Shown here piece by piece: positions 45,920 through 55,231 of a stretch of DNA of 64,000 nucleotides (positions are counted from its first letter, which is position 1; the number at the start of each line of letters is the position of its first letter). The DNA is from Candidatus Spongiihabitans sp. GTDB lineage: Bacteria > Pseudomonadota > Gammaproteobacteria > Arenicellales > Poriferihabitantaceae. The stretch spans positions 1,622,845-1,686,844 of the forward strand of contig NZ_OZ252047.1 of the NCBI RefSeq assembly GCF_965247905.1, read 5' to 3'. A model generated the notes under the pieces. That model did no database searches. It saw only the letters and a program-made list of their open reading frames with translations, and was not told where the DNA came from. The translations under genes and the position numbers were made by a program.

Positions 45920-46351
45920 TTGGCAGGCATGATTGCTATGAACCACCCCAAGATCACCGCCCCCATCCTCGCCGCCCACCCTGACACCCAGGCCATCTAC
46001 CTCTACGGCACCTGGGGCACCGAATATCAACGACCGGACAGCGATGTGGATGTTGCCGTGCTATTGCCATACACGACGGCGCGCGCGGTCGATTTTTGGG
46101 AATGGTGTCGCCTTTCGGTGGCGGTTTCGTCTGCGGCAAAGGTGGATCGTGCTGATTTGATTAACCTGCATGCGGTTTCGGTAATCCTGCGCAAGGAAAT
46201 CATCGTCGCCGAGCGGCGTATTTATTGTGCTGATGAAAACGCGGTCGATGAATTTGAAATGCTGACACTGTCTTTTTATCAACAATTGAATAGGGAGAGG
46301 CGGGAAATAATTGCCAGCGGATTGAGTAGGGGGAGGTTTTACGATGTCTGA
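45920..46351 (+). CDS. MNT-type nucleotidyltransferase (antitoxin of the HEPN/MNT module)
   Basis: YLYGTWGTEYQRPDSDVDVAVL (GxxG...DxD); TTG at 45920 or ATG at 45929. Confidence 0.8.
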   Translation: MAGMIAMNHPKITAPILAAHPDTQAIYLYGTWGTEYQRPDSDVDVAVLLPYTTARAVDFWEWCRLSVAVSSAAKVDRADLINLHAVSVILRKEIIVAERRIYCADENAVDEFEMLTLSFYQQLNRERREIIASGLSRGRFYDV

Positions 46352-46757
46352 CATTCTCATGCAGAAAAAAGCCAGCATCGAGCGACGCATCAAACAGGCG
46401 CGGGATTATTATGCAATAGCATCGGAAAAACCTTTCTCCGAAGATTTTCTTAGACAGGACGCGATTGTCGCCAATTTGCACAGAGCCTGCGAGCAGTGCA
46501 TTGATATGGCAAACCATTTGATTCGCGTGAAAAAACTGGGATTGCCTACTGAAACAGCCGATAGCTTTAGGTTACTGGGGAAGGCGGGCATCATAGATGC
46601 CGAACTGGAAAAGAAACTTATCGGCATGGTGGGATTCAGAAACATTGTTATCCACGAATATCAGAAGATTAACTACCGCCTGGTGGAAGATGTAGTCAAA
46701 AAGCATGCCGACGATTTGATTACATTCGCCGGCATCTTGCTCGCCTTGTCACAGTAG
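46344..46757 (+). CDS. HEPN (DUF86) toxin of the HEPN/MNT module
   Basis: R-x4-H motif in GFRNIVIHEY; 8-nt overlap with the MNT gene. Confidence 0.8.
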   Translation: MSDILMQKKASIERRIKQARDYYAIASEKPFSEDFLRQDAIVANLHRACEQCIDMANHLIRVKKLGLPTETADSFRLLGKAGIIDAELEKKLIGMVGFRNIVIHEYQKINYRLVEDVVKKHADDLITFAGILLALSQ

Positions 46758-46766
46758 CGTTGCATC

Positions 46767-49436
46767 ATGCCCCTTCCACCTAACTTCCCCGTCTCGCCCC
46801 ACGATATTCTTAATCCCGACACGCGCTGGCTACCGGGCGAACCCGACCAGCGCATGGATAAATTGCCGCCGCTGGTGCAGAAGTTGCGCGAGCAGGTCAA
46901 AACTTGGCGCGATAAAGACTACGAGGGCGCCACGGACACCGGTCGCAGTTTGTTGCGCTGGTGGTTTGGTGGAGATCATCTGCTGACCGGGGCCGACGGG
47001 ATAGCGCGGGAATTCCGCTATTACTTCGCGCAACGAGAAGCGATTGAGACGATTGTTTATTTATATGAAGTTGCCGCAGTCAAGGACAAGTTTGATCTGA
47101 TACGTTTTGATTCAAGCGGAGAGGTTTCGCGCAATCTATTTGACGAAGATTGGTTGCGTTTTGTTATCAAGATGGCAACCGGTAGCGGTAAGACCAAGGT
47201 GCTGAGCCTCGCTCTGGCTTGGTGTTATTTTCATAAACTCTACGAACCCGATTCAAAACTTGCGCGCAACTTTTTGCTCATCGCGCCGAATATTATTGTG
47301 TTAGACCGTTTGAAAAAGGATTTTGATGGTCTGAAAATTTTTTATGCCGATCCGGTGCTGCCGGATAGTGGATACGAAGGACGTAACTGGCGGGATGACT
47401 TTCAACTAACTCTGCATATTCAGGATGATGTGACGGTGGTTAGAAAAACCGGCAATATTTTTCTTACCAACATCCACCGCGTGTATGCCGGTGACGATAT
47501 TCCGCCTTCACCGGACGATGAAAATACCATGGGTTATTTTTTGGGAAAGCGTCCGACCGGTGCGACTACTGATTCCAAGGTGGACCTGGGCATGATCGTG
47601 CGCGACATAGATGAACTGGTTGTGTTTAACGACGAAGCGCATCATATCCACGCCCCCCGGATGGCGTGGTTTAAGTCGATTGAAGACATCCACAACCGTC
47701 TGAAACAAAAGGGAGGCGAACTCGCGTTGCAGGTGGACACCAGCGCCACGCCCAAACACAACAACGGCGCTATCTTCGTGCAGACGGTGACGGACTATCC
47801 GCTGGTGGAGGCCATTGCGCAAAATGTGGTCAAGCATCCGGTGATTCCCGATGTCGCCAGCCGCAACAAACTGGAAGAAAAAAGCAGTAGCAAATTTTCG
47901 GAAAGATACGCCGATTATCTAAATCTCGGTGTTGTGGAATGGCGCAAGGTACACGAAGAACATCAAAAAATGAACAAAAAAGCGGTGCTATTCGTGATGA
48001 CTGATGATACAAAAAATTGCGATGAAGTTGCCAAGTATCTGGAAGACACTTATCTTGAACTGAAAGATGCTGTGCTGGTAATTCATACCAAAAAGAATGG
48101 CGACATTGCTGAAACTACCACTGGCAAAGGAAAGGAAGAACTGGAAAAACTACGCAAACAAGCCAACGACATAGACAACATAGACAGTCCATACAAAGCC
48201 ATCGTCTCGGTGCTGGTGCTGAAAGAAGGCTGGGATGTGCGCAATGTAACCACCATCGTCGGGCTACGCGTCTATTCGGCAACAAGCAATATCCTGCCCG
48301 AACAAACCCTGGGACGCGGATTGCGGCGCATGTATCCTGATGCCGATGCCGAGGAAAAGCTGAGCGTCATCGGCACCGATGCGTTTATGGATTTTGTCGA
48401 GTCGATAGAGAAAGAAGGCATAACGCTGGAACGGGAGCGCATGGATACGAATTCTGATCCAACCGGGCCTTTGGTGATTGAGGTAGATAAAGATAATCCG
48501 AGAAAAAATATTGACGAACTGAATATTGAGATTCCGATACTGGCGCCCAGAACCTACCGAGAACACGGCCGTCTGGACATGCTGGACAGCAAAAAATTCA
48601 CTCACGAAAAGCCGCTCGTTAAACAATTCGACGAACAGCAAAAACGAAACATTATTTTTCGCTACTTGGCGAAAGACGAAAGCAGTCATGAGACCGAACT
48701 GGGCGATGCCGGAGTTTCCGATTATCGGTTGGTTGTGAGTTTTTTCAGTCGCATCATTATGAAAGAATTAAAACTGGCAAGTGTTTATGATCTGGTGTAT
48801 GAAAAAATGAAAACTTTCATCAGTGAAGATTTGTTTGTGAATCCGGTTAACCTTGAAGATCAAAACACACTGCGCAATCTTTCCGAACCTGGAGTCACTA
48901 AAATCATCATAGAAACCTTCAAGAAAAATATCAACAACATCACTTTGCAAGATAAGGGCAGCACCGAAATTAGCAAGCAGATAAATACTTCAGCAACTCG
49001 CCCTTTTATTGTTAAAAAGCAAGAATGTATCATTCCGAAAAAAAGCATCTTTAATAAAATTATCGGCGACAGTTCTCTGGAATTAACATTCGCAAAATTT
49101 CTGGAGGAGTGCGATGATATTATTTGTTATGCGAAAAATTATTTTGCCGTGGGTTTCCGGGTGGATTATGTAAAATCTGATGGCAACATTGCCAATTATC
49201 ATCCTGATTTTTTGGTAAAGGCATCCGAGAACGATGTCTTTATCGTAGAAACCAAAGGTCGCGAAGAATTAGATGTTATTAACAAAAAAGCACGCATGAA
49301 ACAGTGGTGCGAGGATGTGAATAGATTGCAGTCAACGACCACATATCGTTTTTTGTATGTGGATGAGGCGGGGTTTAAAAAATATAAGATAAAAACTTTC
49401 GCCGCCTTGATTAAAGGTTTTGGGGACTTCCAATAA
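46767..49436 (+). CDS. res: type III restriction enzyme Res subunit (SF2 helicase-nuclease)
   Basis: motif I KMATGSGKTKV, motif II VFNDEAHH, helicase C motifs; 889 aa. Confidence 0.85.
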   Translation: MPLPPNFPVSPHDILNPDTRWLPGEPDQRMDKLPPLVQKLREQVKTWRDKDYEGATDTGRSLLRWWFGGDHLLTGADGIAREFRYYFAQREAIETIVYLYEVAAVKDKFDLIRFDSSGEVSRNLFDEDWLRFVIKMATGSGKTKVLSLALAWCYFHKLYEPDSKLARNFLLIAPNIIVLDRLKKDFDGLKIFYADPVLPDSGYEGRNWRDDFQLTLHIQDDVTVVRKTGNIFLTNIHRVYAGDDIPPSPDDENTMGYFLGKRPTGATTDSKVDLGMIVRDIDELVVFNDEAHHIHAPRMAWFKSIEDIHNRLKQKGGELALQVDTSATPKHNNGAIFVQTVTDYPLVEAIAQNVVKHPVIPDVASRNKLEEKSSSKFSERYADYLNLGVVEWRKVHEEHQKMNKKAVLFVMTDDTKNCDEVAKYLEDTYLELKDAVLVIHTKKNGDIAETTTGKGKEELEKLRKQANDIDNIDSPYKAIVSVLVLKEGWDVRNVTTIVGLRVYSATSNILPEQTLGRGLRRMYPDADAEEKLSVIGTDAFMDFVESIEKEGITLERERMDTNSDPTGPLVIEVDKDNPRKNIDELNIEIPILAPRTYREHGRLDMLDSKKFTHEKPLVKQFDEQQKRNIIFRYLAKDESSHETELGDAGVSDYRLVVSFFSRIIMKELKLASVYDLVYEKMKTFISEDLFVNPVNLEDQNTLRNLSEPGVTKIIIETFKKNINNITLQDKGSTEISKQINTSATRPFIVKKQECIIPKKSIFNKIIGDSSLELTFAKFLEECDDIICYAKNYFAVGFRVDYVKSDGNIANYHPDFLVKASENDVFIVETKGREELDVINKKARMKQWCEDVNRLQSTTTYRFLYVDEAGFKKYKIKTFAALIKGFGDFQ

Positions 49437-49445
49437 CATATTTCA

Positions 49446-50225
49446 GTGTACAAACACGCAATCGTTCGGCGACCGGGCAACAGCGCGCGGCGCGGGTTGA
49501 CTTCGGTTGATCGCGGCAAATTGGACTTTGCGCGGTTAATGGAACAACATCGTCATTATGCGAACACGCTGGCGCGTCTTGGATTGGAGATTATCGAACT
49601 TGAGGCGTTGGAAGAATTCCCCGACGCCTACTTCACCGAGGATGTCGCCATCGTCACGCCGGAAGCAGCGGTGATCATGCGCCCTGGCGCGGACTCCAGG
49701 CGCGGCGAGACGTTACATATCACCGATGCGCTGGCGAAATTTCGGCAGTTAAAATATATTACTGACCCCGGCATCGTGGACGGCGGCGATGTTTTGATTA
49801 TGGAAGCGATGCGGCACTGTATCGTCGGTTTGTCCGCACGCACCAATCAACCCGGCGCCGAGCAACTTTGCGGCATATTAAGCGAGTATGGTTACCGAGG
49901 CGATATTGTGGACTTGGGCGTAGATGCGCCCGAGGCTTTGCACTTTAAATCCAGCGTGAATTTTATCGACTCACATACCTTGCTGGTGACCCAATCCTGT
50001 TTTCATCTGGACTGCTTATCCGCTTACAGAAAACTGGTTGTGCCCGAGGGTGAGGAATATGCCGCCAATGTGGTGTGGATAAACGGGACGATATTGATTC
50101 CTGACGGTTATCCCGGGACGCAACGCCTGCTCGAAGAAAATGGTTTTCAAACGATTGAGATGCCGGTATCGGAAATTTCAAAAATGGAGGGCGGTTTAAC
50201 CTGTTTGTCGTTGCGCTTGACATGA
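49446..50225 (+). CDS. N(G),N(G)-dimethylarginine dimethylaminohydrolase (DDAH / amidinotransferase fold)
   Basis: GTG start; (M)YKHAIVRRPG ... RPGADSRRGE ... GGLTCLSLRL with the catalytic Cys; collinear with P. aeruginosa DDAH as recalled. Confidence 0.8.
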   Translation: MYKHAIVRRPGNSARRGLTSVDRGKLDFARLMEQHRHYANTLARLGLEIIELEALEEFPDAYFTEDVAIVTPEAAVIMRPGADSRRGETLHITDALAKFRQLKYITDPGIVDGGDVLIMEAMRHCIVGLSARTNQPGAEQLCGILSEYGYRGDIVDLGVDAPEALHFKSSVNFIDSHTLLVTQSCFHLDCLSAYRKLVVPEGEEYAANVVWINGTILIPDGYPGTQRLLEENGFQTIEMPVSEISKMEGGLTCLSLRLT

Positions 50226-50255
50226 CGGCGCGGCAGTTTGTTATGATGCGTAACC

Positions 50256-51935
50256 ATGACTGAGAGTTTCGATTACATCATCGTCGGCGCTGGTTCCGCA
50301 GGGTGTGTCCTGGCTAACCGGCTAACGGAAAACCCCGATGTTTCGGTATTGTTGCTGGAATTTGGCGGCCAGGACAACAGCATTTTCCTGCAAATGCCAA
50401 CCGCGTTGTCGATTCCAATGAGTACCGAAAAGTTTGCCTGGCAGTTTCACACCGAACCTGAACCGTACCTCAATAACCGATCGCTGCATTGCCCGCGGGG
50501 AAAAGTGTTGGGTGGCTCGTCTTCGATAAACGGCATGGTCTATGCGCGCGGCCATGCCATGGATTACGAGCAATGGCAAGACAGCGGCGCCACGGATTGG
50601 GGCTATGCGAATTGCCTGCCATACTTTAAAAAAGCGGACGATTGGAAATGGGGCAGCGACGACTACCGGGCCGAGGGCGGGCCTTTGGCGGTGAACCAGG
50701 GAAATGAAATGAAAAACCCGCTTTACCGGGCGTTCATTGATGCCGGGGTGCAAGCGGGTTATCTATTCACGGAAGATTACAACGGCCATCGTCAGGAAGG
50801 TTTCGGCCCCATGCAGATGACGGTCAAAAATGGTGTGCGCTGGTCAACCGCAAACGCCTATTTGAAGCCGGCCATGCAACGGCAAAATCTAAAAATTGTC
50901 ACCCATGCGCTAACCCGGCGCATCGTCATGGACAATAAAACCGCCAGCCACCGGGCAAAAAAAACCGCATGGGGAATTGAATACCAAATCGGCGAACGGA
51001 TTCATACGGTTGAAGCCAAAAAAGAAGTCATCCTCAGTGCCGGCTCGGTAGGCTCGCCGCAACTACTGCAAATATCAGGCATCGGGCCGGGGGCAGTATT
51101 AAAGGCAGCCGGTGTTGAGGTGATACACGATCTTCCCGGCGTCGGAGAAAACCTTCAGGATCATATTGAGTTTTATTTTCAATTTAGATGCAAACAAAAC
51201 ATCACGCTGAACGGCAAACTGGATCTATGGAATAAATTCCTGATTGGCGCGAGGTGGTATCTGTTCAAAAGCGGATTGGGCGCCACCAATCACTTCGAAT
51301 CGTGCGCCTTTATACGCTCCAAATCCGGCATAAAAGCGCCCGATATTCAATGCCACTTTTTGCCCGCGGCCATGCGCTACGATGGCAACGCCGCGTTTGA
51401 CGGGCATGGATTCCAGGTTCATGTCGGGCATAACAAACCCGAAAGCCGCGGCCGGATCAGAATTAAATCAGCGCAGCCGTTGGACAAACCGTCCATCCTG
51501 TTCAATTATCTGCAACAGGAAAGCGACCGGGAAGGATTTCGGCAGTGTGTCAGACTAACGCGGGAAGTCATGCAGCAGCCGGCCATGGATGAATATCGGG
51601 GAGCGGAAATACAGCCCGGCGAAGCGGTGGTCAGCGATGATGAAATCGATGCCTATGTGCGACAGGGCGTGGAAAGCGCCTACCATCCGTCCTGCACCTG
51701 CAAGATGGGAACCGATGAGATGGCGGTGGTTGATCCTGAAACCCGAGTGCATGGCATCGACCGATTGCGAGTTGTGGATTCGTCTATTTTCCCGCTCATC
51801 ACCAACGGCAATCTGAATGCGCCGACCATCATGGTCGCCGAACGCGCGGCCGATATGATCAAGGGAAAAGGCATGCTCGTTCCTTCCAGTGCCGCAATTG
51901 GCTTGGCCGATAACTGGCAGGATAGCCAACGCTAA
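50256..51935 (+). CDS. betA: choline dehydrogenase (GMC oxidoreductase)
   Basis: [33 protein letters not shown]-terminal GMC signature; collinear with E. coli BetA as recalled. Confidence 0.75.
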   Translation: MTESFDYIIVGAGSAGCVLANRLTENPDVSVLLLEFGGQDNSIFLQMPTALSIPMSTEKFAWQFHTEPEPYLNNRSLHCPRGKVLGGSSSINGMVYARGHAMDYEQWQDSGATDWGYANCLPYFKKADDWKWGSDDYRAEGGPLAVNQGNEMKNPLYRAFIDAGVQAGYLFTEDYNGHRQEGFGPMQMTVKNGVRWSTANAYLKPAMQRQNLKIVTHALTRRIVMDNKTASHRAKKTAWGIEYQIGERIHTVEAKKEVILSAGSVGSPQLLQISGIGPGAVLKAAGVEVIHDLPGVGENLQDHIEFYFQFRCKQNITLNGKLDLWNKFLIGARWYLFKSGLGATNHFESCAFIRSKSGIKAPDIQCHFLPAAMRYDGNAAFDGHGFQVHVGHNKPESRGRIRIKSAQPLDKPSILFNYLQQESDREGFRQCVRLTREVMQQPAMDEYRGAEIQPGEAVVSDDEIDAYVRQGVESAYHPSCTCKMGTDEMAVVDPETRVHGIDRLRVVDSSIFPLITNGNLNAPTIMVAERAADMIKGKGMLVPSSAAIGLADNWQDSQR

Positions 51936-51993
51936 AAGTCAACGCTTCACCTTGTATTCGTCAGGACAACGATTGTTTAATCGACCGCGCGCC

Positions 51994-54900
51994 ATGACCA
52001 AAACCTGCATTCTCCCCGAATTTTTGGACCAGCAAGCCGCAGATGCGGCGAAAATCCTATACGGCATTGAAGGCACGATCAAACGCCTCAATGGCGAACG
52101 CGACCTGAATTTTTTGATCACATCGGCGGCGAGTCAATCGCAACAGCGGCAAGTCGTTTTCAAAATCGCCAATAGCCAGGAAAACGCGGCCATGCTGGAA
52201 TGTCAGCATGACGTGTTTACCGCAATGGCTAAAGTGGACCGGGGCGATGGCGCAGTAGCCGCGCCGAAAACCATTCAATCGGTCAATGGCAAGTCGGTCG
52301 AGTCGGTCATTTCCGCAAGCGGAGAACAACACTTTTGCCGCGCCGTCGGTTTTGTTGCAGGCCGCTTGATGTCCGCGGTCAATCCGCACACCGCCGAGTT
52401 GCTCGAGAGTTTGGGCGAAACCGTCGGCCAGGTTGACCAGGTTCTCGCAGATTTCAAGCATGACGCTATCGAAAGACCCTTGTTGTGGAATATGAACGAT
52501 GCGGTCGAAATTCTGGAAAGATATAAACCGCTGCTGGGCGATGACAGCAAAACCGAGTTGATCGCTCTTTTCCAGAATCGTTTTATCCGCAGGGTACTGC
52601 CGCTAGCGCATCAATTACGTTTCGGCGCGATTCATAACGATGCAAACGGCGACAATGTGATTGTTGAAGGCGGCCCGTGGAACCAACGGGTAAAGGGAAT
52701 CATCGATTACGGCGATATGGTGTATTCATGGATCGCGGTGGATCCAGCCGTTGCCGCGGCCTATGCCATGCTGGACAAGCATCATCCGCTGGATGCGGCC
52801 GCGTCCGTTATCAAAGGCTACTGCCGAAAATTTCCGTTAACCGAGGTTGAAATAAGCGTTTTGTTCGAGTTGATGTGCATGCGCTTGTGCCTGAGCGTTT
52901 GTATTTGCGCCGAGCAAAAATCGCAGTCCCCGGACAATGAATATTTACGAATTAGCGAGCAATCCGCATGGCGCGCGTTGGCGCAGTTGCAATTAATCTC
53001 CGCGGATTTCGCGCATTATTTGTTTCGCGATAGTTGCGGGTACGCGCCGGTGCCGACCACGGCGCGGGTGGTGTCATGGCTGCAGTCCAATTCTGAACAA
53101 TTCAAATCTATCGTAGAGGTTGATCTCAGGGCTGACCCACTGCTGATTCTGGATGTCAGCGTCGGCAGCGCGCAAATGCCGAATCCGGCCGAAACGATTG
53201 ATCCCGTGCGCGCCGCGAAAAATATATTGCGAGCGATTGAAGACGCGCAATGCGTCGCCGCCATCGGTAAATACGACGAGTACCGATTGATATACAGTGC
53301 CGAGGATTTTACCGATGCCACCGGTCACCGCCGCACCCTCCACCTTGGCATTGATATCTTCATGCCAGCCGGATCAACGCTATACGCGCCACTAGCCGGA
53401 AAAATTCACGGCGTTGAAAATAATCACGACGACTTGGGCTATGGCGGCACTTTAATCCTGGAGCATCTGGTTGATGGTAAGGATGGCGCGCTAAAGTTTT
53501 ATACCTTGTATGGCCATTTGAGACCGGTCTCGTTAGCGCACCACACTATTGGAGATGCCGTCGCACCGGCTCAAAAGATTGCCGAATTGGGCGACATCCA
53601 CGAAAACGGCCATTGGCCGCCGCATGTTCATTTTCAAATTATCACCGACATGCTCGGGCAAACCGATACCTTCGTCGGCGTTGGCAGCCATGCCCATCGA
53701 AATATTTGGCTGAATTTATGTCCCGATGCGAATATGATTCTAGGCATTCCGGGCATCCCGGATTCCCGGTTAAATCCGCATACCAACGACCCGGACAAGA
53801 TCGCTGAAAGCATTGCATCGAGCAGGGCGCAATCGCTTAGCCCGTCACTCAGCCTTTCCTACCGGCAACCCATTCATCTGGCCCGCGGCAGTATGCAGTA
53901 TTTGTATGACTATAGCGGGCAAAAATACCTCGATGCGGTTAACAATGTAGCGCATGTCGGCCATTGCCACCCGCAAGTCGTGGAAGCGGCGCGGCGGCAA
54001 AGCGGCGTATTGAACACCAACACCCGATATTTATATTCGCAGATAGAAAAATATTCTGAACGTCTGCTGAATAAGTTCCCTGACCCATTGAGTGTTTGTT
54101 TTTTGGTTAACAGCGGAAGCGAAGCCAACGACTTGGCCTTGCGCTTGGCAAGACACTATACCCGCCGAAAAGATATCATCATTCTCGATCACGCTTATCA
54201 CGGCAACCTCGCCAGCCTGATCGAGATCAGTCCGTATAAACACAATGGACCAGGAGGAGCGGGCGCCTCCAGTCACATTCCCCCCAGTCACATTCATATC
54301 GCAACGATGCCGGATCGCTATCGCGGCCCCTATTCCAGCGAAGCCAACGCGGTGCTGGAATACGTGGATTCGGTAAAAGACGCGCTGCAAAGCGCGGAAA
54401 ATCAGTCCGGCGCCGCCGCATTCATCGCCGAATCAATACTGGGCTGCGGCGGCCAGATGGTGCTGCCCGATGGTTATCTTACGGCCGTGTACGAACAGGT
54501 GCGGGATTTTGGCGGGCTTTGCATTGCCGATGAAGTGCAAACGGGTTTTGGCAGAGTGGGCAGCCATTTTTGGGCTTTCGCCTCTCAGGACGTGATTCCG
54601 GATATTGTGACTCTGGGCAAACCGATGGGCAACGGTCACCCGCTGGCCGCGGTCATCACCACGCGGGAAATCGCTGATGAGTTTAATAATGGCATGGAAT
54701 ATTTCAACACCTTCGGCGGCAACCCGGTGTCCTGCGCCATCGGCGACGCGGTGCTGGAGGTGATTGAACATGAGCAATTGCAACAAAATGCGCTGCGTGT
54801 CGGCGCGCAACTGCTGGCGCAACTGAGCGAGTTGAAAGCGCGTTACCCCCTGATTGGCGATGTGCGCGGGTTGGGTTTGTTTATTGGAATAGAATTGGTC

Positions 54901-55122
54901 GATGACCGCGAGTCCTTGCAGCCGGCCGCCGAGCAGGCCGATTATATTGTGGAGAGAATGAAGCAGGAGGGGGTGCTGATTAGCGCGGACGGGCCGTTGC
55001 GCAATGTGCTGAAAATCAAACCGCCGTTATGTTTCACCGAGGAAAATGTGGATCAATTTACCTCCACATTGGAGCAAGTGTTGAAAGAGGATTTTGCAAC
55101 GACTGTAATGGGCGCACCGTAA
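51994..55122 (+). CDS. tri-domain protein: APH-type kinase + M23 (LytM) domain + class III aminotransferase/phospho-lyase
   Basis: kinase HNDANGDN and IIDYGD; M23 HLGIDI and HVHFQI; PLP domain [30 protein letters not shown]; start at ATG 51994, after the betA stop. Confidence 0.8.
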   Translation: MTKTCILPEFLDQQAADAAKILYGIEGTIKRLNGERDLNFLITSAASQSQQRQVVFKIANSQENAAMLECQHDVFTAMAKVDRGDGAVAAPKTIQSVNGKSVESVISASGEQHFCRAVGFVAGRLMSAVNPHTAELLESLGETVGQVDQVLADFKHDAIERPLLWNMNDAVEILERYKPLLGDDSKTELIALFQNRFIRRVLPLAHQLRFGAIHNDANGDNVIVEGGPWNQRVKGIIDYGDMVYSWIAVDPAVAAAYAMLDKHHPLDAAASVIKGYCRKFPLTEVEISVLFELMCMRLCLSVCICAEQKSQSPDNEYLRISEQSAWRALAQLQLISADFAHYLFRDSCGYAPVPTTARVVSWLQSNSEQFKSIVEVDLRADPLLILDVSVGSAQMPNPAETIDPVRAAKNILRAIEDAQCVAAIGKYDEYRLIYSAEDFTDATGHRRTLHLGIDIFMPAGSTLYAPLAGKIHGVENNHDDLGYGGTLILEHLVDGKDGALKFYTLYGHLRPVSLAHHTIGDAVAPAQKIAELGDIHENGHWPPHVHFQIITDMLGQTDTFVGVGSHAHRNIWLNLCPDANMILGIPGIPDSRLNPHTNDPDKIAESIASSRAQSLSPSLSLSYRQPIHLARGSMQYLYDYSGQKYLDAVNNVAHVGHCHPQVVEAARRQSGVLNTNTRYLYSQIEKYSERLLNKFPDPLSVCFLVNSGSEANDLALRLARHYTRRKDIIILDHAYHGNLASLIEISPYKHNGPGGAGASSHIPPSHIHIATMPDRYRGPYSSEANAVLEYVDSVKDALQSAENQSGAAAFIAESILGCGGQMVLPDGYLTAVYEQVRDFGGLCIADEVQTGFGRVGSHFWAFASQDVIPDIVTLGKPMGNGHPLAAVITTREIADEFNNGMEYFNTFGGNPVSCAIGDAVLEVIEHEQLQQNALRVGAQLLAQLSELKARYPLIGDVRGLGLFIGIELVDDRESLQPAAEQADYIVERMKQEGVLISADGPLRNVLKIKPPLCFTEENVDQFTSTLEQVLKEDFATTVMGAP

Positions 55123-55161
55123 GGGAGGGTTTATAACCGGTTTGGCTTTTGTCGGATGAGC

Positions 55162-55203
55162 TTCCCGCTTTTTATAATGTCGCGGCTACGCCGGTGTCTC
55201 ACT
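55162..55203. repeat. dispersed ~45-bp repeat, copy 1
   Basis: TTCCCGCTTTTTATAATGTCGCGGCTACGCCGGTGTCTCACT; related copy at 58344-58389 (first 14 nt identical, then about 80 percent similar with small indels, by eye). Confidence 0.6.
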
Positions 55204-55231
55204 TCAAATCAATGGAAAGAAATCTGTATTT

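Larger units (their letters stand above)
37279..49445. other. accessory (defence) island 2
   Basis: block of defence-type genes, largely AT-richer than the flanks, between the GNAT stop and the GTG start of the DDAH gene; no integrase seen. Confidence 0.55.
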
